This document shows, in pieces, positions 26,091-36,600 of a stretch of 64,000 bases of DNA; position 1 is the first letter of the stretch; every line of letters starts with the position of its first letter. The notes under the pieces are model-generated. The model did not search any database. It had not been told where the DNA came from and was given only the letters and a program-made list of their open reading frames with translations. The translations under genes and the position numbers were made by a program. Source of the stretch: Clostridium sp. CAG:524 (GTDB taxonomy: Bacteria; Bacillota_I; Bacilli_A; RF39; UBA660). Location of the stretch: the NCBI GenBank assembly GCA_000434555.1, contig FR880111.1:2161-66160 (forward strand), in the 5' to 3' direction.

Positions 26091-28349
26091 ATGAATAAGA
26101 TAATAAATGGTAGTAATAAATATTTATTAATAATTGAAATGCTAGTAGTAATTAGCATTGTTTTAAGTATAACATATTCTAATTATTTTGTAGAATCAAG
26201 TAATCATAGAGCAGCTGAAATGTATATAGGAAGTCTTAAGTATTCTATGAAGATAGATTCTAATGAAACAAATACTTTATCACTAAAACCTGGTGTTACT
26301 GTTATTGATGTTGATGTAAACAATTTAAATCCTGTTGATACTTATTATAAATTACTTTATTTAAATAATTCTAATTTAGAAATAAAATATTTTAGTGAAA
26401 CAAAAGATACTGATGAAGTTAAAACAAGTTATAAAAGTCCTAATGATAGTGTTACAAGTAGTAATACTAATAATTTAAAATTATTTATTAGAAATAATAG
26501 TGATACTAATCAAGATGTTAGCTTTTCATTAAAAGGTGGTTATATAAATAATACACTTAGTGATATAAGCGTACCTAGTGGTTATAGTGAAATAACTATT
26601 GATAATAGTAGTAATAATACATATTTTTGTAAGACTAGTGATACCCTTACACAAGGACTTGAGTATGTTAATGGGCAATATACTTATGGTTATATGAAAG
26701 AAGGACACAATTCTTCATCTGGTCTTGCTTGGAGTAATATTTCAAATGATGGATGGGGCGTACAACTAACTGATAAAGCAAGTACAGACGCTATAACTAG
26801 TAAAATATGCTCATATATAAATAATAAACCATTAGTATCGGCTGCTGGTACATTTAATAAAAGTAAAGCAACAATATTGAATTTAGATGGCTTAAATACA
26901 AGTAATATAATAAATATGAATGGGATGTTTAGTAATACTCAGATAACAACATTAGATGTAAGCAAATTTAATACAAGTAATGTAAAAGATATGGGTTGGA
27001 TGTTTTCTGGTAGTCAAGCAACAGCATTAGATTTAAGTAATTTTAATACTAGTAATGTAACAAATATGGAAGGAATGTTTAATAAAAGTGAAGCAACAGC
27101 ATTAGATTTAAGTAATTTTAATACTAGTAATGTAACAAATATGCGTTGGATGTTTTCTAACAGTCAAGCAACAACATTAGATTTAAGTAATTTTAATACT
27201 AGCAATGTAACAAATATGGAAGAAATGTTTTATAAAAGTCAAGCAACAACATTAGATGTAAGCAGTTTTAATACAAGTAATGTAACTAACATGAAGTATA
27301 TGTTTGGTAATATTCCAGCAATAACGATAGATGTAAGCAAATTTAATACAAGCAAAGTAACTAATATGTATGCCATGTTTTATAGAAGCCAAATAACAAC
27401 ATTAGATTTAAGTAGTTTTGATACAAGTAATGTAACTGATATGAGTTTTATGTTTAATAACTCTATCAAATTGAAAACTATATATGCTAGCAACAAATTT
27501 AAAACTGATTTAGTTACATCAAGTAGTAATATGTTTTATAATTCTACTTTATTAGTTGGAGGTTCAGGCACAACTTATAATTCAAGTTATGTTGATAAAA
27601 CATATGCTAGAATAGATGGAGGAACAAGTAGGCCTGGGTATTTTACTGACATTGCTAACAAGCCTTCTACTTTTGGAACTGATGATTGGGCAACAATAGT
27701 TAACTCAGTAAAAGCAGGTAATACTAATCATTATAAAGTAGGTGATACTAAGATAGTAAATTTAGGAACATATGGTACTCATACAATACGTGTATCAAAT
27801 ACTACAACACCAAGTGAATGTTCAAATACAAATTTTTCACAAAGTGCATGTGGATTTGTACTTGAGTTTGAAGATATAATTACAACGCATGTGATTAATA
27901 CAACAAGTTCAAATAAAAATGGCTGGCCTGCAAGCAGTATGAGAACATTTGTAAATAATGATATATATAATGCATTACCAGCTGATTTAAGAAATGGAAT
28001 AATAAATACAACAACAATATCTAGTCATGGAAGTAGTGATTCAGCTAACTTTTTATCTACTGATAAACTATATTTACTTGCTACAGCTGAATTATATGAA
28101 AATGGTGAAGACATTGACACAGCTAAAAATTTGACTAGGCAACTTGACTATTATAAATCAATTGGTGTTACTATAAATAGTTATTCTGGAGCAATAAAAA
28201 AAAGTGGAACTACCGCAACGGACTGGTGGTTACGTTCATTTTATAAAACAAATAATCAACATGTATATAGCGTACTAAGAACAGGAAGAGTTGCTCACAG
28301 CATGGCTAGTTTATCAATAGGCGTTTCACCTGCATTTAGAATAGACTAA
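26091..28349 (+). CDS. DUF285/BspA-family repeat surface protein with pilin-like hydrophobic N-terminus and C-terminal WWLRS-motif domain
   Basis: The N-terminus NGSNKYLLIIEMLVVISIVLSI resembles a type IV pilin methylation motif (..LIEMLVVI..). Eight 25-aa repeats of the form LDLSNFNTSNVTNMxxMFxxSxAT are present. The C-terminal domain contains TATDWWLRSFY. Confidence 0.75.
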   Translation: MNKIINGSNKYLLIIEMLVVISIVLSITYSNYFVESSNHRAAEMYIGSLKYSMKIDSNETNTLSLKPGVTVIDVDVNNLNPVDTYYKLLYLNNSNLEIKYFSETKDTDEVKTSYKSPNDSVTSSNTNNLKLFIRNNSDTNQDVSFSLKGGYINNTLSDISVPSGYSEITIDNSSNNTYFCKTSDTLTQGLEYVNGQYTYGYMKEGHNSSSGLAWSNISNDGWGVQLTDKASTDAITSKICSYINNKPLVSAAGTFNKSKATILNLDGLNTSNIINMNGMFSNTQITTLDVSKFNTSNVKDMGWMFSGSQATALDLSNFNTSNVTNMEGMFNKSEATALDLSNFNTSNVTNMRWMFSNSQATTLDLSNFNTSNVTNMEEMFYKSQATTLDVSSFNTSNVTNMKYMFGNIPAITIDVSKFNTSKVTNMYAMFYRSQITTLDLSSFDTSNVTDMSFMFNNSIKLKTIYASNKFKTDLVTSSSNMFYNSTLLVGGSGTTYNSSYVDKTYARIDGGTSRPGYFTDIANKPSTFGTDDWATIVNSVKAGNTNHYKVGDTKIVNLGTYGTHTIRVSNTTTPSECSNTNFSQSACGFVLEFEDIITTHVINTTSSNKNGWPASSMRTFVNNDIYNALPADLRNGIINTTTISSHGSSDSANFLSTDKLYLLATAELYENGEDIDTAKNLTRQLDYYKSIGVTINSYSGAIKKSGTTATDWWLRSFYKTNNQHVYSVLRTGRVAHSMASLSIGVSPAFRID
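26868..27467 (+). repeat. Eight in-frame tandem 75-nt (25-aa) DUF285 repeats; central copies nearly identical at DNA level
   Basis: The unit gcaacagcattagatttaagtaattttaatactagtaatgtaacaaatatg recurs with very few changes at about 27020, 27095 and 27170. The outer copies are more diverged. Confidence 0.8.
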
Positions 28350-28356
28350 ACAAAAA

Positions 28357-28383
28357 AGATAATCACACTTAGATTATCTTTTT
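28357..28383. terminator. Bidirectional hairpin terminator between convergent genes
   Basis: The sequence is agataatc-acactta-gattatct then tttt, with an upstream A-run. Confidence 0.6.
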
Positions 28384-28401
28384 AATTTCATATAATATAA
28401 A

Positions 28402-28971
28402 TTAATCAGCAATATCATTATTTTCAAATTTAATATTTAAAAATTTTCTACTAGCTAAATAGTCTGCCATATGTACAAAACATTGATACTTAGTTTTAGG
28501 TCTTTGTAATACTTCATTACCATTATAATCAGTTGTCCATGGTCCCATGTGTGTTTCAACACAACTACAAACTAAATTTAATTCATCATCAGTAAGTTCT
28601 AATTTATCTTTATTATCTCTTACAAATTTACTTATTTGAAGTGGATGATCAAATGCAGTATACTTATCATGATTAATACCATTTTTAAGTCCATCATGTA
28701 TAGTAAGAGCAAACAATAATAAGTCTTTTTCATCACTTGTAAAATTATTAATAGCTGAATCTTGTAATAATTCATAAGCAATTCTTACTGCTGCCTTAGT
28801 ATGTCTAACAAGACCTTTATCACCCAAAGTAAATTCTGGATGATATTTACCAGTAGATGATGCAGGTATATGATAGAAATAATCTGGTAATAAATCTAAT
28901 ATTGTTATAAGACTATTTCTTATTCTTTCATTTTTTATATAACTTATTTCTTTATTAAATTCTATGTGCAT
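28402..28971 (-). CDS. HD-domain phosphohydrolase
   Basis: GKYHPEFTLGDKGLVRHT and LTIHDGLK supply the H...HD metal-binding pattern. The length is 189 aa. Confidence 0.7.
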   Translation of the reverse strand: MHIEFNKEISYIKNERIRNSLITILDLLPDYFYHIPASSTGKYHPEFTLGDKGLVRHTKAAVRIAYELLQDSAINNFTSDEKDLLLFALTIHDGLKNGINHDKYTAFDHPLQISKFVRDNKDKLELTDDELNLVCSCVETHMGPWTTDYNGNEVLQRPKTKYQCFVHMADYLASRKFLNIKFENNDIAD

Positions 28972-29023
28972 AATTAAAACCTCTATTAAATTATAATATA
29001 AAATTATATTTTTTTCTATATAA

Positions 29024-29914
29024 ATGTGTTATGATCTAAATATGAAAGAAGAAATTATTAATATAAGTAAAAATATAGATATTGATATAATTGGATTTTG
29101 TGATACAAAGAACTTAATAGTTCCATATGATAAATATAAATTACAAGACGAACTTAGTTACAAAAGTACTTTTCAAGTAGGTAATATTGCTGATAAAGAT
29201 TTATCAAATGAAAAATATAATATATATAATACTGCTATAGTGATAGGTGTATCATATAAAAAAGTAGATATGAGCGATAAATCTAAAGTATATTTAAGTA
29301 GTTGTAGTATAGGTGAAGACTATCATATTGTACTTAAAAATAAACTTGAAGTAATAAAAGAATATCTTGAAGCAAAGGGTTATATTGGCAAAATATTTGT
29401 TGATAATAATCCTCTTGATGAAAGACTTTTAGCATATAATGCTGGTCTTGGATTCTTTGGTATAAATAATTTATTAATAAATGAAAAACTAGGTTCATAT
29501 TTTTATATTGGAGTACTACTAACAAATGCATCTATTTCTAGCAATAAAATAATAGATAGTAAATGTATAAATTGTGGACTATGTAAAAAAGTATGTCCTT
29601 TAGGAGCAATAAATGATAATAATATACTTGATTCTACTAAATGTATAAGTTATTTAAACCAAAAGAAAAATATAACAGAAGAAGAAAGCGAATACTTTGA
29701 TAATTGTATTTATGGATGTGATAAATGTATAAGTATATGTCCTTATAATAAAAATATAGAAGTTCTTAATAATGAAGGAATAAATCCATATGAATTTTTA
29801 AATATGGATAATAACGAATATGATAAAAAATATTCTAATAAATCTTGCTACTGGAGAGGCAAAAAAGTTCTTGATAGAAATATAAATATTTATTTAAATC
29901 ATTTGAAAAAGTAA
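29024..29914 (+). CDS. queG: tRNA epoxyqueuosine(34) reductase QueG (short form)
   Basis: GEDYHIVLKNKLEVIKEYL and DERLLAYNAGLGFFGINNLLINEKLGSYFYIGVLLTN are present. Two 4Fe-4S motifs are CINCGLCKKVCPLGA and CIYGCDKCISICPYN. The start may be ATG 29042 (MKEEIINIS). Confidence 0.75.
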   Translation: MCYDLNMKEEIINISKNIDIDIIGFCDTKNLIVPYDKYKLQDELSYKSTFQVGNIADKDLSNEKYNIYNTAIVIGVSYKKVDMSDKSKVYLSSCSIGEDYHIVLKNKLEVIKEYLEAKGYIGKIFVDNNPLDERLLAYNAGLGFFGINNLLINEKLGSYFYIGVLLTNASISSNKIIDSKCINCGLCKKVCPLGAINDNNILDSTKCISYLNQKKNITEEESEYFDNCIYGCDKCISICPYNKNIEVLNNEGINPYEFLNMDNNEYDKKYSNKSCYWRGKKVLDRNINIYLNHLKK

Positions 29915-29956
29915 TAATATTGTGTTAAAATTATATTAATGATAAGGAGAAGAAAA

Positions 29957-30472
29957 ATGAAAAAAAGTGATAAAAAAGTAACTGGTCGTAACTATTTTAT
30001 AGTTATAGTTGTATCTATACTTATAATGGTAGTTGTGTTATATGCTAGAACATTTTATTTAAATTATAAAAATAATAAAGTAAATATAAGTATATTTGAT
30101 GATCAAAAAATTAATCAAATTAATAGTGATGACTTTGATTATGCATTAAGTGAAACTAGTAGTGAAATGATATTATATGTAAGTTACACAGGATCAAGTG
30201 AAATAAGAAATATAGAAGATAGATTATATAAAGAAATAGAAAAGAAAAATCTTACTGATAAAATAATTTATTGGAATGTAACTAATAGTAAAAATAGTGA
30301 ATATATAAACACTTTAAGAAAAAGATTTCCTGAAATAAAAGATCAAATTAATACAGCACCATTATTTATATATATTAAAGATGGAAAAGGCGTTGAAGCC
30401 ATGAGCAGTGAACTAAAAAAAGTTGACTATAAAGTATTTAATAAATTGGTGAGTAAGTACAATATTGAATAG
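29957..30472 (+). CDS. Membrane-anchored hypothetical protein (thioredoxin-fold-like size, no CxxC)
   Basis: Start chosen at ATG 29957, 6 nt after AAGGAGA. The track start 29939 lacks an RBS. TM is YFIVIVVSILIMVVVLYA. I recognise no catalytic motif. Confidence 0.5.
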   Translation: MKKSDKKVTGRNYFIVIVVSILIMVVVLYARTFYLNYKNNKVNISIFDDQKINQINSDDFDYALSETSSEMILYVSYTGSSEIRNIEDRLYKEIEKKNLTDKIIYWNVTNSKNSEYINTLRKRFPEIKDQINTAPLFIYIKDGKGVEAMSSELKKVDYKVFNKLVSKYNIE

Positions 30473-30492
30473 AAGCTTTTAGCTTCTTTTTT
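30472..30492 (+). terminator. Rho-independent terminator
   Basis: The sequence is gaagct-ttt-agcttc followed by tttttt. Confidence 0.55.
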
Positions 30493-30652
30493 ACTAAAAT
30501 TGCTTGATTTTCACCTGAAATTATTATAAAACGATAAAAAGTGGTGAAAATCTGATATATTGATCATAAAAAACTAATGAATATTTACTATCAAATAAAT
30601 ATTCATTTTTATTTTGATTTATGATAAAATTATTTTAATAGGAGAATAAGAT

Positions 30653-32260
30653 ATGAAAGAGTATTTAATTATTTCTATAAAAGATAATGTTCTTACATAT
30701 GATTATAGAAATATTGATGAATCATTAAATAAATATATTAATAAGAATGAGTTTATTAATAATACTCTATATTTTTCTATGAAATATTATAGTAATAATT
30801 ATGAAAAAGTTATTGATTTAATAAAAAGAAACTATAGTGGAATTGACACTATGAATGTAAGACACCTAGTAACATTTAAATATGTTGTTATTATGATGAT
30901 AAGACTTAAAATGTCTTATTTAAAATTAGATATACCATCTACTATAAGTTTATCTGATTATGAATTATTTTTAACAGTTAATACATTAAAACAAATAGAT
31001 TGTTATTTTATGCCAATATTTATTAAAGAAAAATTTAATAATAAAAATGTAGTAGTTAATCTATATAATCATAATAAAATAAGTGATAGATTTATGATAT
31101 CACAAGATTCACTTGACTATGAAACTTTATATTATAGAAAGACACTTGAAATAAAAGAAGAATATCCAGGTATTTTAGATGATATAAAAGAATTCCTAAG
31201 AATAAATTATAATTTAAAATCTATACATATATATGTATTCTCTAAAGATTTAATAAATAATATAATTAATCTTGTTAAAAATGATGAATCAAGAAATATA
31301 ATAGTATTCTTACATCAAGGAAAAGATAAAGGTAATTTTATTGTTAATAACTTTGCTTGGTTAAAAGAATTAAATAAAAAATGTAAAAAAGATTATACAT
31401 GTGAATTTAGAATATTATATTCTAATGATTTTATACGTAATAATTTATTTAAGCAACTTACATTTAATAATTTAAAACTTATGTCTATAATGGCAGTATA
31501 TGTAAGTGTAGTATGTTTACTTATATTTAAATCATATGAATACATAGAAAAGATGGCTATTGATGAAGTAAATCAAGAAATAATAAATAGTTCATTTGCA
31601 CTACCTAATAATGATTCAAAAGAAGAACTTACTAATGGTGGAGTAGAACTTGATCAAAAATTAAATGATAAACAAGTAAAAGATAAATATTCATTTGATA
31701 AAGTATTTCCTAAACTTAAAAAAATCAATAAAGAAACAGTAGGTTATTTAGTAGTAAATGGTACCAATATAAATTATCCTTTAGTACAACATAGTGATAA
31801 TAGTTATTACTTAAAAAGAGATTTCTATAAGAAAAAAACTAGTATGGGATGGATATATTTAGATTATAGAAATGATATAGAAAATCTTAATGATAATAGT
31901 ATTATATATGGACATAGTATGTTAAATGGTACAATGTTTGGTACATTATATAGAGTCATAAATAGTAGTTTTAGAAAAAATAATGAAAACATGATTATAT
32001 CATTAGATACACCAACTAAATCATATAAATTCAAAATATTCTCAGCATATAGAGTAGATTATACTACTGACTACTTAGTTAATAACTTTAATAGTAAAGA
32101 AGAATTTGATTCTTTTGTTAAATTAATAAAAGGAAGAAGTTCATTTAAAGCAAAAGATAAAGTAGAATATGGAGATAAAATACTTACACTATCAACTTGT
32201 GCTGGTGGCGGTAATAGAAGAATGGTAGTACATGCAGTACTTATAAAGGATGGTGAATAA
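30653..32260 (+). CDS. Class B sortase domain fused to a ~290-aa N-terminal cytoplasmic domain of unknown function
   Basis: TM is LMSIMAVYVSVVCLLIF at about residue 285. SrtB-type blocks are VGYLVVNGTNINYPLVQHSDNSYYL, catalytic His IIYGHSM, catalytic Cys LTLSTC, and Arg in GGGNRRMVVHAV. Confidence 0.8.
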   Translation: MKEYLIISIKDNVLTYDYRNIDESLNKYINKNEFINNTLYFSMKYYSNNYEKVIDLIKRNYSGIDTMNVRHLVTFKYVVIMMIRLKMSYLKLDIPSTISLSDYELFLTVNTLKQIDCYFMPIFIKEKFNNKNVVVNLYNHNKISDRFMISQDSLDYETLYYRKTLEIKEEYPGILDDIKEFLRINYNLKSIHIYVFSKDLINNIINLVKNDESRNIIVFLHQGKDKGNFIVNNFAWLKELNKKCKKDYTCEFRILYSNDFIRNNLFKQLTFNNLKLMSIMAVYVSVVCLLIFKSYEYIEKMAIDEVNQEIINSSFALPNNDSKEELTNGGVELDQKLNDKQVKDKYSFDKVFPKLKKINKETVGYLVVNGTNINYPLVQHSDNSYYLKRDFYKKKTSMGWIYLDYRNDIENLNDNSIIYGHSMLNGTMFGTLYRVINSSFRKNNENMIISLDTPTKSYKFKIFSAYRVDYTTDYLVNNFNSKEEFDSFVKLIKGRSSFKAKDKVEYGDKILTLSTCAGGGNRRMVVHAVLIKDGE

Positions 32261-32916
32261 TGAAAAAGAAAATATTTGTAATACTTATTAGTATATTTGT
32301 AATGATTAGCTCAGTAAATGCAACATGTGATGATAATGAAAGAAATAGACTTAAAAGTTTATCAAAAGATATAACTTACGAAACTTCTTACAGCATAAGT
32401 ACTAAAACATTTACAATTAAATTTTATAACGTATTTCCAGGATTAATAATAGGAATTAATGATGGTACAATTAAAGGTGGAGATAATAATGACAGTTATA
32501 GTGTTACAATTGATAATATTAAAGAAGGTGAACATTTAACAGCCGACATATACGATAGTATAGGTTGTAATGAAAAATTAAATACATTATTTATAACATT
32601 ACCATATTACAATAATTTTTATGGAACACAAAAATGTGAAAAATATGTTGGAAAGCTAACACAATGTACATATAAGTTTCTATCATACGAATTAACAGAA
32701 GATATATTAGACGGAGCAATAAAATCAATAGATACAGAAATTAAACCTGTTATCCCTGAACCTGTCGTAAAAAAAACATTTTTTGAAAAAGCATATGAAA
32801 CAGTAAAAACATTTCTTACTGACTGGGGAATTAACATTGGCTTATTCTTATTCTTTGGAATAGTTACAGCAGTAATAGGAGAAAAAATATATAGAAAGAT
32901 AAAACATGGTATATAA
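32260..32916 (+). CDS. Secreted/C-terminally anchored Cys-containing protein, paralog 1
   Basis: TAATG overlap with the sortase gene. Sec signal is IFVILISIFVMISSVNA followed by TCDD. The C-terminus is FFEKAYETVKTFLTDWG, then TM INIGLFLFFGIVTAVIG, then the basic tail KIYRKIKHGI. Confidence 0.6.
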   Translation: MKKKIFVILISIFVMISSVNATCDDNERNRLKSLSKDITYETSYSISTKTFTIKFYNVFPGLIIGINDGTIKGGDNNDSYSVTIDNIKEGEHLTADIYDSIGCNEKLNTLFITLPYYNNFYGTQKCEKYVGKLTQCTYKFLSYELTEDILDGAIKSIDTEIKPVIPEPVVKKTFFEKAYETVKTFLTDWGINIGLFLFFGIVTAVIGEKIYRKIKHGI

Positions 32917-32942
32917 AAATTATCATGTTTTTAAATATTTTA

Positions 32943-32971
32943 ATGACATTTTAATGCAGTTATGTTATAAT
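32943..32971 (+). promoter_or_regulatory. Internal sigma-A promoter (-35 ATGACA, 17 nt spacer, TGn-extended -10 TGTTATAAT)
   Basis: ATGACA at 32943-32948 and TATAAT at 32966-32971, preceded by TGT. The RBS GTAGGTGA follows. Confidence 0.55.
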
Positions 32972-32996
32972 TTTTCTAGAATAAAGTAGGTGAAAT

Positions 32997-33686
32997 ATGA
33001 GAAAGGTTAATTTAATTTTATTTAGTATTTTATGCTTATTTATTTTTACTTTTAAAGTAGATGCAGTATGTAATGATAAGGCGTTAAATGAATGGGCTAC
33101 AAATGCTACAATTGAATATATGGAGGATGTTGATATAAGAGATCCAGAAGATAATCTTATACATAGTAAGGAATACTTGTATCTATTATTTATTTCTACT
33201 CAAAATGAAAAAGGAAAAATAATGGTAAAAGATTCAGAAGATGAAAATGAATATGAAATAAAATATGATGATGAAATATTTTATGGATATGTAGTAGGTT
33301 CATATTTGCATATGAATGAAAAAACATATACATTTACATTATATGGGGCAGAGAACTCTGCATGTCCTAATGAAAAGCTTAGAACGATAGAATATAAAGT
33401 ACCTGCATATAATGTATATTCAAGATCAAAATATTGTTTAGAAAATCCAACAGAAGATATTTGTAAAACTAATAGTAATGAAATGAAAGATGTAAGTGAC
33501 AAAGAATTTATTGAGATTATTAATAAAAAAGAAGAAGAACAAAAAATTGCTAAAATGAACTTTTTTGAAAAAGCATTATATTATTTAAAGAAAAATTGGT
33601 ACTTTATAGTAATACCTATAGTATTAGTTTCTGCTTTCTATGCGATTAGAATTTATATATTAAAGAAGAAGGTGGATGAAGAATGA
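32997..33686 (+). CDS. Secreted/C-terminally anchored Cys-containing protein, paralog 2
   Basis: Signal is LILFSILCLFIFTFKVDA followed by VCND. It shares the YN.Y....C and FFEKA + TM + basic tail layout with the 32260 product. An ATGA overlap links it to the next gene. Confidence 0.6.
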   Translation: MRKVNLILFSILCLFIFTFKVDAVCNDKALNEWATNATIEYMEDVDIRDPEDNLIHSKEYLYLLFISTQNEKGKIMVKDSEDENEYEIKYDDEIFYGYVVGSYLHMNEKTYTFTLYGAENSACPNEKLRTIEYKVPAYNVYSRSKYCLENPTEDICKTNSNEMKDVSDKEFIEIINKKEEEQKIAKMNFFEKALYYLKKNWYFIVIPIVLVSAFYAIRIYILKKKVDEE

Positions 33687-36600
33687 AAATAAAAAATAGT
33701 AAATATTATAAATTTTTAGTATTACTTTTATTTAGTTTTTCAAGCATTATGTATATTAAAGGTGATGGTGGAGGAAGCATTACTATCACTGGTTCAGGAA
33801 AAAAATTTACGGATATAAGTTTTTGTGGTAATACAGTTATAAAGAGTGATGCTAAAACCAAAACAGTTACAGGTCAAGGAAAAGATAAAGGTACAGCAAT
33901 GGCAAATGCTATTAAAGCTAGAAAAAGTGCTATTAACTCCTTACCAAGTGGCTCAACAGTAATAGATAGTTCATCAGCTGTTACATGTCATGTGTCTCCT
34001 ATTTCTAATGGCGGAAATAAAGGTGGAAGTGGAAATGGTAGCAGCATAGGCGGCGGTATTATTATGGAAGATATGAATTATATAGAAGATGACATATATA
34101 CAGTTGAAAAAATGTCATCGAATTCATGTATGAGATGCTGTTCAGGAAAAAATTGTAGTTATAAATGGGGAAATCCAAATAAATATAGAACTTGTCAAAG
34201 ACAATCAGGAGTTGCTAATGAAGCAAGTTGTAGAGCAAAAAATAATAAGACTACTAAAAAACCTGGAGCAACAGTACCAGCTAATGGATGCTATTGCTGT
34301 GGTGCTTCCTCACAGGGATGTAAATATGTATGGAAGAAAAAAGGTGACCCAATAGGAGGCTGTGCAGCACAATCTAAAACATATGCTGAATGTACTGGAC
34401 AAAATGTAGCAATAAAAGGATACGTTTGTAAAGCAAGTTATACATATACTCCAGCCGGAAAAGTTAATAATGGAAGAGCTCAATTACCAACATATAAATA
34501 TGATGCGACAGACCCAAATTTTGCTAATATAAGTGAAGATGCTTATTGCTTACAAAAAGGTCGTCCAGGACCAGATAGTTCATCATGGTCATATACAGCA
34601 CTTGATAATTTTGATATTTCATCTTGTAAGACTAGTGGAGATAATTATCAATGTGGTCTAGCTGAAATAATGTGCCAAACAATGGATATAAGTGTAGATG
34701 AAAATGGAAAGTTTACTGTAAAAAACAACGGAAAATATTCATATTCAACAGTATCAACTGCGCTTAGAACATGGGTAGCTTATGATAACTCATCAATACA
34801 TGATGGAGGAGGAGTAAATACAGGCGGTTCTGGTGATGATGGATTTGATTATTATTCAAACACAGATGTATACTCAAATAGTGCTAATTATTTTTTAAAT
34901 AAAGGCGGAGAAGTTAAAAAATGTGGTAATTCATGTCCAGAAGGTTCTGAAAACTATGGAGTATTATGTTATGGCGATACAAATGAACAAAAAAATATAC
35001 AAGGTGTAGTTGACTTATTACAAAATACAAGGAGTGGAACATCTTGTTTAGATAAACTTAATAAAACATTAAATGGAAATAGCGGTGAAGACGGAAACGA
35101 TGCAACTGAAGGTGAATTAAGTTATGGAAAGCCAGGCATCGATATTGATTTAGATAAAAATTCGCAAACTGCAAATGTAAAAGTAACATTTAGTAAGATG
35201 AAAGTTGGTACAACAATAATATCAGAAAGTACAACTAACGTAGAAGTACCTGTTAAGTATTGTACTGAAGGTAGCTCAGGATGTACTGTTATTATTGAAG
35301 CATTTGACGCTAAAGGAAATAAAATAGCTGACGGCCAAATGGGAAAATGTGCAAAAAATTATTGTGAAGTTAAATACAAATATAAACAAATGTGCGAAGA
35401 AAAAACTCAAACAGCACAAGATAATTATATTACAGCTAAAGTAACTGTTTATACAACAAGTGGAGCAAAGGGAGATAATAAAGCAGGAGCTTTAATAAAA
35501 AATTACGCTAAAGCAAGCGGAGAAGTTTCTCAACAATTTGTATCATTTGATGTAAAAGGCGTACAAGATTTATTAAATGGAAATCCTAGCAGTGGTGGAA
35601 GTACAGGTGGAACTGAAACAACTACTGAACTTTCAAAAGGACCTGTTTATACTGCTAAGAAGTCAATCGTATGTCCATGCGATAACAAAAAAAGGTGTGA
35701 TGATTTTAAAGTTGTAAATACACTACCAAGTAAATGTACTGATTATGATAATTTTAATCAAGGACTTTATGATACATATGATGAAGGTAAACTAGAAGAA
35801 CCTTACATGAACTGTATCATGAATGCATGTAATGTTAGCCAACGTAATCAATATGATTTTAGTAAAGAATATGGAGTTGACGTTGGAATTTGTAGAATAT
35901 TCTGTCGTGAAGAAGTAGAATTTTATTTGGCAAATAAAACTAGAGTTTATGCAGGAATGCAATTTAAATATAAAATTGATGAAGTTCCAGGAGTTGCTAA
36001 GAAGAGAAAATTAACAAATGGTAACTCGCTAACATCAATGGTACTTCAAAAGAGACAATGTGCTTCTGAAATATATTATGATCATAGAAATCCATGGTAT
36101 AATTATTCAACTAAAGATTCAAAATATGATAGTTATATTAAGGCAGGATATGATACATGGCAAAAAATGTATGGTAAGGCTGTAAAAGATATGGTTGATG
36201 CATGGAGTAGTTGGAAAGCATATGAAACATTGCATAAAAAAGAAGGATGGGGAACATGCAATCCATATTTAGATCATGCACCTGATGTTAATTGTTATAG
36301 TAGTGGTAGTGGATGTCCAAGTTCATGTCCTGTATCACAAACATTACCAGGATTTGACTATGTATATTTATGGCCTCCTAAAGGTTCAACAGTAAATAAC
36401 ACCAAATCTGATACTGGAAATCCAGGATATAGTTATAATAATAAGAGTGAAGACACTAATAATAAAGTAACATTTAATGTAAATAATCGAAATAACAGGC
36501 CTAGCGACCAAGATGGAAAATATAATCAAAGCAATGGTTCAACATCAAATGTGTGTGGCTCATATACATGTACTGATTCCAAAGGTAAAAAGGATACATG

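Noticed and set aside
26868-27467. Regularly spaced near-identical 75-nt repeats, considered as a possible CRISPR array or non-coding satellite.
   Set aside because: The repeats are contiguous with no unique spacers. They stay in frame within a 752-aa ORF and encode the DUF285 LRR-like unit. No cas genes are present.
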